A DNA stretch of 63,513 bases, filler included, from Perkinsus chesapeaki ATCC PRA-425 (lineage: Eukaryota; Protista; Perkinsozoa), in assembly GCA_013115145.1 (NCBI GenBank). It is 7 parts of 7 records of this genome, joined end to end, with 100 filler letters (N's around TTAATTAATTAA, not from the genome) between each part and the next. Parts side by side here need not be neighbours in the genome. Positions count along the whole stretch, not along the records: positions 24,003 to 39,951 come from JAAPAO010000715.1; 6 more parts are not named here. One strand, given 5' to 3'. The notes beneath the pieces are model-generated. The model saw nothing but the letters and a program-made list of their open reading frames with translations, did not search any database and was not told the DNA's origin. Each line of letters begins with the position of its first letter. Positions within the stretch are counted from its first letter, which is position 1. Made by a program: the position numbers and the translations under genes. This document shows, piece by piece, positions 26,829 through 37,119 of this stretch.

Positions 26829-27885
26829 ATCGGAGCTATTGGGCAAAAGAACGTTTACTATTTCAGCGCCAGGCGCGTGTTTGACCTCTGTGAGAATCAG
26901 TGCGATGCTGTTCAGCTATCCCCAAAGGAGCGTGCAGCACTCGCCTATTATGTTCCTTATCTCATGTATCCTTCCTAGTTTAGTGTTAAATATGTTATTA
27001 ACTAGAAGCTCGTAAGAGCTTGTTTATTACTGTTCTCTTACTTTAACGGTTCATTATCAGAGCCATCGCACTGGACTTGTACCAAACAGCCACTATATGG
27101 CCCGTGCTTAGAGCCGTGGCAGGTAGTCCAGTATGTATCCTCTTTCTCCTGTAGATAACGCAGCGAGAGATGCTGAATTCTTATAAGGCTCAGTGGCTGG
27201 TCTTATATGCAATGCCTCTGGGCCCAGCTCGAATATTCATGCAGTGTAATTCTATCGAATGAGGATTCAGTGGCCTGAGCGTCTCTTGTTGTTAATAACT
27301 GCAGTAATCAGACAGTCAGACTGTCACAGTCCGATTCTGACCAGGGTGTTTGAGACTGCGCACGAAAAACGGCGGAAACTTTCCACAGGAAAGTTTCCAG
27401 GGAACTTTCGCGAAATTTCGGAAAGATTCCGAAAGATTTCATTAAAGCCGTGTTGCGAGCTTTTTTGCAGGTTAATGCTGCTCCTTTCATGTTTTCTGTG
27501 CCATACCGTGTGTCCACATGTGTCCCATCACCCGTCAATGGTGCATAGAGGCACTTCTCTGGCCAACTAACGGGTAAATTAATCGATCCAGGCAGAAAAA
27601 TGTTTGCAAGAGTGGATTTAGTCGTATAAACACACTGTGATAAACACGAGCAACACGTACAATCTAAGCGGCTAGACCCCACAGTACGATAAAATGCACT
27701 TGCTTTAACACCGACTACCTAGGACTATTACACACTGGTCAATGCAATCCCACAAAGACCGCTAATGGGCCCAACGGCCTGAACGTGGGCACTTTCCGGG
27801 CTGAAGGTGGGCAAAGTTTGCCCACCTTTTTGCCCATCTTCAAACCCCAACCTCCTAGGGGGTTGCCCGGCTAAAAAGATAGTCC

Positions 27886-28836
27886 AAAGTTCAACACACT
27901 TGTGTTACACACGATTCTGGTCAGGCCGGTCATGTCCGAAACGGCTGGAACTATGAGCAATTCGCGTTGACCGGCTGGGGGGCTGCAACGGGGCACACCT
28001 GGAATGATTTCCGCTGATGTGCAAGGCGAAGCAAGATGTTAGTAGGGTTGTTTGTGGAAATAAGTCAAAAAACTCGGATACTTCTATGTGGCCACTGGCC
28101 ACTGGCCAGTCCAGCCATGTCCGCACTAACACACGAAACATGAAAGTGATCCGGAAATGCTTGCGCGGCAACCTCGCGTTAACCGTGTTTCGGCTGGTTG
28201 TTTAGTCTAGTGTCGCAATATGTGTTAACGCAGTTTTTCTCACAATGCTGATCAGCTTTATTGAGAGTAATTGCATGTGGTACGTCCAGAATTCTGTCAC
28301 AATCATGTGCCTAAGCCCTGACAATGAAACCTTGTACAATATCCAAGGAATCGAGTACAATGACCTGCTGGGGAATTGCAAAAAATTAACTTTGATACGG
28401 TTTCAATTAATTACCAATATAGGCTAATAGTTTTGCGAGGTTGTTCTCACAAAAGATATTCAAAAGTTCAACACACAACTCAGGTAAGGCCGGTCATGCC
28501 CGAAACGGCTGGAAGTGCCAGCCTGGTACTGTGAGAAATTCACGTTGACCGGCTCGGGGGCTGCAATGGGGCACACCTAAGTAGTTTCTACTATTGTGCA
28601 AGGCGAGCCACGATGTTGTTAGGGTTGTTTATGCAAATGATCCAAAAAAACTCGGATGCTTTCGTGTTGTCAGCCCAGTCAAGTCCGATCCAACACGCGA
28701 AACATGAAAGTGTGCTCGGAAATGCTTATGCGGCAAGTCCCCGTTGAGCCCTGGTTCGAGTGGCCGCTCAGTATCGAAATACGTCTTAACGTTTTCCGAT
28801 CACAATGCTGATCAGCTTTATTGAGAGTAATTGCAT
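27886..28836. repeat. Internal direct duplication (about 380-bp unit, two diverged copies) inside the hAT element
   Basis: 27886-28276 vs 28463-28836 share aaagttcaacacac, ggccggtcatg.ccgaaacggctggaa, gaaacatgaaagtg and cacaatgctgatcagctttattgagagtaattgcat. Confidence 0.85.
28088..28109. repeat. hAT-type excision footprint, perfect 22-mer (8-mer gtggccag)
   Basis: gtggcca+ctggccac+tggccag. The duplicated copy at 28666-28673 has a single 8-mer (gttgtcag). Confidence 0.8.
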
Positions 28837-29176
28837 CTGGTAAGAGTTCCAGAGTTCGGATATTTTCCGTTTTGAGGAAGCAGTGTTGTGTAACTATAAC
28901 GTCTTAGGAGTCTCAAGCGGAGTATCAATCTTTTAACGAGCCGAACGACAGTTCACCATCAGCATCGGCTACTATAACTGTAAAATAGAGCCCTTTTAGT
29001 GCGTTTTTCGACGGTAAAATCCTGACTGTTCGTCCGCGAACTAGCTACTCAAGACAATGGGAAGGTGAGCTCGTATCACGGAAAGCGAACAGCTCGGACT
29101 GAATGATGCAGGTAATATCAATAAGATATTATCAACCATGTCACGAGCTGGACATCCCCTTCAAGTACGGGTGGGA

Positions 29177-29198
29177 GTAGGGTCACCCTACTAGGGTG
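29177..29198. repeat. hAT-type excision footprint, perfect 22-mer (8-mer gtagggtg)
   Basis: gtagggt+caccctac+tagggtg. Confidence 0.85.
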
Positions 29199-31164
29199 GG
29201 TCAAGAAAGATGACAATCAAAGCTCGGATGCATTACCGACACTAACTCTCACCATGAGGTTGTTATAAAGAAGCCTGACATCTCTCCGATGCGCATGCGT
29301 GCGTGACCGAGAGGCGGACTAGTCTAGATTTTACTTCGAAACACTTCGTGTGCCGAATATAAAAACGAAAAATTTTCCAAATCTTTCCGGAAAGATTTGA
29401 TGAGGTGGAAATTTCACGAAACTTTCCATGGAGACTTTCCGCGAAACTTTCCACGGAAAGTTTTTCAAACACCCTGATTCTGACCAGAATAACCTCATAT
29501 CCAACTCGGTTCACATAAAAACTTGGTGAACATAACATATATATTCTAAGTGTACGGTGTACTGCACCGAATTTAGCGTGTAAAATGCAGTCGTTCAACA
29601 TTGTGATCGCTAATTTGGCAGTAGTAGCTCACCTTTCCTCGCGCAACTGCATTTCTGACTCGGCAATTGAGAGAATGTGAATCATGTCATATGATTGACG
29701 CACAGAGCGAATGTAGTTTAAAGCTATACAATTAGAATCCAGGGCTGACATGGCAGGAGAGAACGCAAGCGGTTTTGAGGAGACCCTACGACATGTACAT
29801 CGATGAGCATGGATGCGTGATAAGAGCCAACTGATTGATACCGAAATACCCATAGGGCGATGGATCGCGCATTTGTATCTGAGGAATACGAGGCGGTTAG
29901 ACAAAGGGGCAGTTATTCAGATACTGATGGATAGCCAACGGGAGCATACACCATGCAGCAGACCTGATATCATTCGCGTTGCATAGAGCAGGTCATTGAA
30001 AGAGTTGAATTTCATCTACCCACATACATCGCGAACTAAGTTTAGCATCAACCTTTGAGAGGCTTAGGCTCGAGTACTTTTCCGAGTTGGAAATTCCAAC
30101 AGCACGACTCACCTGAACATTGTGCACCCATATGGGTTCCCGAAATATGACACTTTGTGAGAATCCTGTGATGGGAGACCCTCTTGCAATCTCATGCGGT
30201 ACCGAAGTCCAGTCTGTGGCGTCTATCCAGTGTGTTCCCTTACCGCCGGTTGAGACTCTCACTCGGAACTACACCGAATGAAAGTACTAAGCTTACTGAT
30301 AGGGCCTAGACAAGTCTGGAAAGCGATTCCTTGTCCTCCTACGTGAGCTGGCGGTTTGTCCCAATCGATCCTCATACCGTCCACGAGCCTTCGCCCTGGA
30401 TGGACGCCGCCTTCCCAAGTCACAACCTGATGAAGCTAAGGATCCGCTGAGAATCTTCCAGTATGACCGAAGTCCCGGACGGAATTATATTATTCTGTCG
30501 AGGAATTTCGGTATGCCAAATTCTTGGGCCTTTGAGGTTCGGATTATTCAGAGTTCGGCTTTGAGCAAGCTGTCACTTCATCTGCACTTGGTCCATGGGC
30601 GTTGCCTAGGCCGCTTCCATGAGATATGAATTTCTGTCGTAGTTCAGTGGCACCCGCTCTCGAACCAGGTTCTGGGTGTGTCGTTCCGTCATCTGCGGTA
30701 GAAAGTATGTTTGCGAAAGATATGTCCTATCTGTCATACTGGGCCTGTTTGTTCGCTCGAATATGTAGAACTGAGAAGGCTTGGCATGGTGTCTCGCCAG
30801 GGAAACTTGGAATTCGGGAGTCACTGAGATGACGTGGATCAAGGCATCCCAACGAGCAGGAAAGTTTCTTCAAATGAATGAGCTCAGTTTACTGCCATTA
30901 GTATCTTTAGTAGTGTGCTTACTTGCTTGTGTGTGCTCAGGCGGAGGAAGAAAGTAGTTTTTTATACATTCCATAGCAGATAGCATTTCAGTCGGTGATG
31001 CACATGCCCAGTGAAAGGTCATTATGGCCAAGAACAAAAACCATCTATAAGTGTCTATAAACTATATGTCGAATGAATTCTATAATTCTTTAGTGTTGGC
31101 TAACATTGCAGTAACCACGGTATTGTTACTAACAATACAACTAAAGCAATAACATGACTATGAC

Positions 31165-31316
31165 TTAAATATCCACGTTCCCAGCGCTTGGGTCCGACCA
31201 GCGAGAGGAAAAACTCGTTGGTGAAAGGTGTTGTGTTCACCCAGTGTTCTCATACCTCTATATATCTGTTGGACATGATTCGGAGAAACACTCGGAAGAA
31301 CACAACACCTCGTGCC
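31165..31316. repeat. Ngaro split repeat B2
   Basis: 152 bp, one mismatch to 31582-31733. Confidence 0.9.
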
Positions 31317-31442
31317 AGGGAGTGGATGGGATGGGCGTGAAAAACCACATGGGTAGACCCTTATAATAGAATCATATAACTGCAACGTAATAGCATGACA
31401 TAGCCCGGAAGTGAGAACGCGTATCTTTGCGTACGTGCGCGC

Positions 31443-31733
31443 AATGTGCACGCGCTGTGTGCTGTGTTCGCGCCCACCACCGCACTCGCTATGAGTGGAA
31501 ACACAAATGCTCACAGCCACTTGAATAGCAAGCCCTGGTCACTCCAGGGATATTTAACATCCGATAACGAGTTATCTTCGATTAAATATCCACGTTCCCA
31601 GCGCTTGGGTCCGACCAGCGAGAGGAAAAACTCGTTGGTGAAAGGTGTTGTGTTCACCCAGTGTTCTCATACCTCTAGATATCTGTTGGACATGATTCGG
31701 AGAAACACTCGGAAGAACACAACACCTCGTGCC
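31443..31733. repeat. Ngaro internal A2+B1 repeat junction
   Basis: A2 at 31443-31581 matches 36032-36170; B1 at 31582-31733 matches 31165-31316. Confidence 0.9.
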
Positions 31734-31819
31734 CAAGTCGGACCACTAGCGAAAACATGAGTATATGAAGGACGCTATAGCATCACCGACTGCAACTATC
31801 CAACTGAAGCACGTGGCAG

Positions 31820-32885
31820 TCATATGCCCTTATACTGACCCTCTAACGCCGCCGTACAATACAAAAACTGCTGCGACTGCGTCGCACCTGAGAGATATCG
31901 GTCCTCGAGGGTCCCCCTTGTCGACCATCGACCAAACTCCCGTATGTTTAATAGGGGAACCCCGGCCCGCCACAGCCAGTTCGCCCCGCTCCGCCGTAGG
32001 GCATGTGTCGTAACCCCCGTACCATGGCCGGTCACGCCTCCCAGCAGGCGTCTAACACCCTGCAGAAAGCCATTATATGTGAGAGGCTCCCCCATGTACT
32101 CCGGAGCAACAAACACCAATGCTTCCTTGCATCGCTGCCACCGGCCCTCAGCGCAACCCAAAGTAAGGTAACGATACAGGTTGTGCACAGGGCACAAACG
32201 CTCACCACACGGACGGCGCTTGGAGCCTTTGGCACAACCCACAGTCAGGAGAGCACCTTTTCCCAGCTGATCGCATTTGCTCTTGCGGATAGCTATCTTC
32301 ACAACGTCCATGCCTCCCCGAACCAAAAACCGCAAATCACCAAGACGTAGCGCCAAGCATTCCCTGGCACGCAGCAGTGCAAAGGCGCATAGGAGCATCG
32401 CCACCCAGCATGGGTCTCGCGATGCACCCGGCTTCCTGGCTGCGCGCAAATGAGCAGGACGCAGAACCAGCTTCGGCGTGACCACACCTATACCTCCGGG
32501 GCTACTCGGACCGCGCTGCTTCTCGGCAGCCCTCACTGCTCTTCGGATCCTCTCTGTTTCGATCTTGCTAAGCCTGAATCCATTCTCTACTGCGCGACTT
32601 GAGACCGCAGACGTAAGTCCGGATAGTGGAGGAGGCATAGCCAACTTTGGACATCACGTATATATACAGCAAGAGCAAGTTTCCCGACAATGGATAGAGC
32701 GACTCCTCCATGTTGTCTCGCCCATAGATGATCTTGATATACAAATTTTCTGCTGCCGTGTAACCCTTTCGTGTAGACGCCGCCACAGCGCTGCGAACAA
32801 AGTCATTCACCTCATGATGGAGGTTGCGACCCTGAGAGATTGCCTGCCGCACATACTCGGTAGCCGCACTTCGACGTGCAGCCAT
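31820..32885 (-). pseudogene. Tyrosine recombinase of the Ngaro element (one frameshift near 32590)
   Basis: N-domain AVAASTRKGY...YASSTIRTY in one frame. The catalytic domain in the other frame has FALLRARE (R), IRKSKCDQ (K), THALRRSG (HxxR), GRWST and RYL (Y). Confidence 0.9.
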
Positions 32886-33085
32886 TCTTGGTTGAGGGAA
32901 AAAAGCAGTTACAAGGCCACAACTATCATCGCACGCTGGCAGTGCGACTCTTCGTCCGTGAAACAAGTCGAGCCCCCTCCACCCACAGTACGTACTACCA
33001 GCAAGTCCCCAGTCGAACTTTAACGCAAGATGCAGGGGATCGCTAGAAAAGAAAAAGAAACGCCATAATATCCAAGGCCCGACAT

Positions 33086-35377
33086 TCACCACTGATCAGC
33101 GATGGTCTTCATGCTAACCTCGACCTCCTTCCAACTCCCAGGTAGAGGCAAGAGCCCCCCACGTGAAAGGTCATCGGCGATGATGTTTTCTTCAGATGAA
33201 ACGCGTTGAACAAGGAAAGCGGTGGCCGATAAGCTCGCTAGAGTCCTTGCCATACATCGTAATAACCGGGCCAAACCCGGCGAGCGAGAATACAACCGCG
33301 TCAATATGTGACGAACCACCTCACTGTCAGTGTAGATAACAACGTTGCACGACGACGCACTGCCAACAATATTTTCTAAAACCTTCAAGCCGAGACACGC
33401 GGCGATCAGCTCGAATGCCGAGACGTTGCGACTCTCCTGTGGGATGGCCCGATCCTTGAGCAGACAAACCCAAGGCCCCAAAGAATCAACTGACACATCG
33501 AGACGGAAATATCTGACCCTCTCAGGGGGGCTACTGGACGTATCACACGTGCCCAACGCAAGCACCCCCGCCACGGCGCGCGTGGATGCGTCCACCATCA
33601 CCGTAGCCGTGATCGCCTTGAGACGCACGCGATAACTCAAAGGTCCCACTGGTGCAAACGAGCGTGAGTCGGACACGAGCTCCAAAAAGAAACGCGCAAT
33701 TGCGCCTATCTCACTGCTCCGTGGGCAGGTGGCCACGAATAGGTTCTTCTTGGCCATGATAGACTCAAGAGCGTAAAATGGCTGGGTGTAGCTTCTTAAG
33801 AACAGACGCAGTTGAGTGTAATGAGTGAGTTTGCCTGTAAGCGAGCGAATGGTTTTAATGTGTATCTTCTCTGTCGCAAGCAAGGAAGGCAACATGTCGG
33901 CAAGTTTCTGAACTTTGGCCTCCCTGATGGAAAAAGCGGGCATGGAGTCCGATAGATCCACCGTTATGCCGATGCAGTCAACCTTCTCAAGTTCTTCTGA
34001 GAATCTCAACCCCAACTCGGAGCTTCGGAAAACTTACCGTGGCCCCGAGCAGGTGCCACATCATCGTCACTATGACAGCAGCTTCATAGCAAAAGCACTT
34101 CAGAAGAAGCCAAAAACCATCGTCGACATATTGCAAACCCCCGCGGGCGACAGGCAAACCCCTGCTCTTCAATATAGCCGTGAGCACTGTGACGATGCAA
34201 CGCTGGCCGAGCGACGCAAAACGGACAAACCAATATCCCGAACTGTTGAGGCCAAAAGGTAGAGCCAGGTTCTCGAAGAATTCCTTCGAGCCATCCGGAG
34301 CCTCATGCATGAAGCAAACGTGCCTCCTTTCCGAAGGCCTGATGCCCAGATGGCGGTAGGCCGCCTGCAAATCTAGCTTGAACGGAAGAAACTCAACATC
34401 GGGGAACTCGTCACACAAACTGCCGACCATTCTTCTCAAGTCCGTGCCCCCCGGGAGAGTGTTGGTGTTAGGCACCGAAGCTCTCATATTGGTGTTCGAG
34501 CGGAGGAAGTCGTCGATCACTCGGAAGCCATCGTCCGGCGAGTCGCCTTTCGGAATGGCTGCCCGAGGCGTGAACGTCCGACCAGGATCCGCAGCCTCCG
34601 CCGGTGAATCACTGGTCCGCAAACTATCACCGGCGGTGATAGTTTGCGGATGAAACCACGCTGCTCCTCCTCTTCGAGAGTCATCGCGATACTCTGCCTG
34701 GCGGCGGGATCCTTCATAGACCTGTAATTGTGATGCTCACAAGGGACTGGATAGGACTCCTGCGTCTTGGGGTGGTAGGTGGGGTATAGAGGACAGGGCG
34801 GTATCCTTTCCGTGATGCCCAGGGGCAGCCCTTGGCTACATAATAGAGGGAAATCGACGTCTGAATCATTGAAAGCGACCGCCAAGGCATGCAAAAGGTC
34901 ACAGTAGATGTGGTTGCCGTTGCTCGGTGGCGACAAATTCACTTTTAAAAGGTCGGCGATACGTGTTCTGCAACTCTCGCCAACTCGATCCGCTATTCCC
35001 CGAAGAGCACTAGCCTGCTCTGCAGTTGGGGAACCGTTTACCTCCCGAAAAGAGCGGAGCAGGCCGTGTGTCTCAGCTTCCTCCAATATCGTCACCGCCA
35101 CTGCCGTGCCCGTCCTTAGAACTTCGTCAGAGCTCTCATTGTGCGCCGGTGCAGTTGGCAAAGCACTAAAACCCCCGTCCTTGTAGGTATTGTCATTAAA
35201 CAGCTCGGTTTGCAGCAGACCGTTGGCCTGCCTATGCCTGCTGGATAAGGCAGCCTCGAGCATAGGGGGAACCCGTGACTGTGCAGTATCAACGATGTCC
35301 TGCGGGGTCGGCTCCATTGGTTCACGTGTTTCCCGGCTCCGTGCAATGGGGCTCGCTCCCGTAACTGCATAACACAA
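33086..35377 (-). pseudogene. Reverse transcriptase-RNase H of the Ngaro element (two insertion frameshifts)
   Basis: NYRS, KLDLQAAYRHL, LPFG and YVDD; RNase H motifs VDAST, FELIAA, IYTDSE and NIIADDLSR. Frame breaks at 34602-34633 and 33986-34004. Confidence 0.92.
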
Positions 35378-35578
35378 CGATTGAAGCTAATGCTCCGGGA
35401 AAAGAACGATCAACTAGCACATTGGCCCACGATATGACACGCCATTGGCTTGACGCCAAGCCGGCGTCGCAGACGACGAAGACGACATACGCAAATACTC
35501 ATGGAAAGAGGCCCAGTAACTCCTGGGAGGACACTCCTCCGAGACCCGTTAATTACCCGATTCGGGCTTGCCGGTGTC

Positions 35579-36016
35579 CTACATGCTGTTGCCATTTCTT
35601 CCTTGCGGCGCATCGCTCGGAAGGTGCTTGAACTTGCACTTGTCACCAGCAAAACACTTGCCCAGAGAGTAGTAACGACAGATCTGCTCTTTAGGGTTGC
35701 CTCTGTTGGCCATACGGCCACTCCCCTTCTCAGCAAACTTGGACTGAGACGAGAAACAATCCGCCACCTGGCCTGCGGCGGAGTGTCTCAAAACAATATC
35801 TCCAAACTCCTGGGTCAACTGCACGCCCAAAGAGCTCGTGCTGGCGCCTCTGCGCGCTTCAGTGCGGAGATCCAAGTCAATGGCCTTCATAACCGAAATA
35901 CCGCTAGAACAGTTGAGGCAGGCTTCTGCGACACGGGCCATGTAGCACAAGACATGGATGGGTTCCAACTGACCCAAAAGTGACGCAGACAGGCCCCACT
36001 TCACCATGGCGGCCAT
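35579..36016 (-). CDS. Gag-like ORF1 of the Ngaro element with a CCCH zinc finger
   Basis: CRYYSLGKCFAGDKCKFKH (C-x7-C-x5-C-x3-H) near the C-terminus; the ORF lies directly after repeat A1. Confidence 0.7.
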   Translation of the reverse strand: MAAMVKWGLSASLLGQLEPIHVLCYMARVAEACLNCSSGISVMKAIDLDLRTEARRGASTSSLGVQLTQEFGDIVLRHSAAGQVADCFSSQSKFAEKGSGRMANRGNPKEQICRYYSLGKCFAGDKCKFKHLPSDAPQGRNGNSM

Positions 36017-36031
36017 GGCATGGCCAATACA

Positions 36032-36170
36032 AATGTGCACGCGCTGTGTGCTGTGTTCGCGCCCACCACCGCACTCGCTATGAGTGGAAACACAAATGCT
36101 CACAGCCACTTGAATAGCAAGCCCTGGTCACTCCAGGGATATTTAACATCCGATAACGAGTTATCTTCGA
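36032..36170. repeat. Ngaro split repeat A1
   Basis: Identical to 31443-31581. Confidence 0.9.
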
Positions 36171-36448
36171 AGAAATATCGAGCCCGTTTCGAAACAGGGG
36201 AGATCCCGGGCTAGAGAATCTATAAAAGAGATGGGAGCGCATAGAATGACAGAGTGGTCGTAGGGTTTCGACAAAACCGTTTTGTCGGTTTCACCAAGTT
36301 CCACGGAAATGAACGATTACTACTAAGCTTATGCCCAGCATTCCAACTAAACAAACCAAAATCTCCGAGAATGGTTCCACTAGCTTACACGACTCAGCGA
36401 AATAAATAGCGAAATTTATATGTTCAGCTAAACCCGAAATCCATAGCA

Positions 36449-36470
36449 CTTCAATGATTGAAGTTCAATC
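36449..36470. repeat. hAT-type excision footprint, perfect 22-mer (8-mer cttcaatc), with a further degenerate unit to 36484
   Basis: cttcaat+gattgaag+ttcaatc, then atttgagttcaatg. Confidence 0.85.
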
Positions 36471-36901
36471 ATTTGAGTTCAATGCAAACAAAAAACGTCA
36501 ACGGTTTAGACGGGGCCCGACTAAACACTATCCTGGTATCACTCGGCCAGTAGGATCATCCTACGGTCGTATCTCGTATTCTATTGGAAGTTGACTGACG
36601 AGGAGTCTCTGAAGGTTGTTCGCAGGTCTCGACAGAATTTCTTTCCGCGTGAACTTTTCGGAATCTTCCGGAAAAATAGAAAGCCTCGGAATCTCACGAA
36701 ATTTTTTTCACGAAAGTGCAGGGTTCGATCCCCAGCAGGGGGGTTTCTTCTACGCGTCACCCTAGGTTGCCGGTCAACCATAGTGTACTCATCATGACTC
36801 ACGATTCACGAGGCAACTACTACAGCTCTAGGTAGCTAGTCGGGAGTGTGGGAGAGGATCAATAATCTGTGAACCCGAAGTCCGAACACCAAACGGTGTT
36901 T

Positions 36902-36965
36902 GGCAAACACGAGGTGCTACTTGTAGCCTACAAGTAGCACCTCGTGTTTGCCTACAAGTTGTAGG
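36902..36965. repeat. Extended hAT-type excision footprint with 25-bp palindrome arms (8-mer cttgtagg)
   Basis: ggcaaacacgaggtgctacttgtag-c-ctacaagtagcacctcgtgtttgcc overlaps by gcc with gcctacaa-g-ttgtaggc. Confidence 0.88.
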
Positions 36966-37002
36966 CTGAGATATCACTGGCAAATGGTCACATTAGGGAT
37001 AT

Positions 37003-37024
37003 TGGAGGAGTCCTCCAGGAGGAC
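37003..37024. repeat. hAT-type excision footprint, perfect 22-mer (8-mer tggaggac)
   Basis: tggagga+gtcctcca+ggaggac. Confidence 0.85.
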
Positions 37025-37097
37025 TGATTAATATATGTCCCGTCACAGACATATATGCCAGTGACATAACAGTGAAAATCCAGATATCCACTAATGT

Positions 37098-37119
37098 CCC
37101 CCGAGTCGGGGGCCCCGAC
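37098..37119. repeat. hAT-type excision footprint, perfect 22-mer (8-mer cccccgac)
   Basis: cccccga+gtcggggg+ccccgac. Confidence 0.8.

Larger units (their letters stand above)
27342..29476. mobile_element. Non-autonomous hAT-superfamily DNA transposon (2135 bp)
   Basis: 12-bp TIRs CAGGGTGTTTGA/TCAAACACCCTG and a perfect 8-bp TSD ATTCTGAC (27334-27341 and 29477-29484). Subterminal GAAA(C/T)TTTCC-type repeats at both ends; no transposase ORF. Confidence 0.92.
31165..36170 (-). mobile_element. Ngaro-type (split direct repeat) tyrosine-recombinase retrotransposon, full-length, frameshifted
   Basis: In element orientation: A1 (36032-36170), gag, RT/RNase H, YR, B1 (31582-31733), A2 (31443-31581), spacer, B2 (31165-31316). 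The A copies are identical over 139 bp; the B copies differ at 1 of 152 bp. Confidence 0.93.

Noticed and set aside
35450-35983. Plus-strand ORFs across the Ngaro element (also 32478-33023, 33915-34262)
   Set aside because: Antisense shadows in GC-rich TE sequence with no recognisable motifs.
36550-36564. 7-bp palindromes with a one-base centre but no duplicated 8-mer (also about 21531-21545)
   Set aside because: Several are expected by chance in 63 kb; not counted as scars.
36719-36736. cagggttcgatccc as a tRNA gene
   Set aside because: Isolated T-loop-like string with no other tRNA arms.
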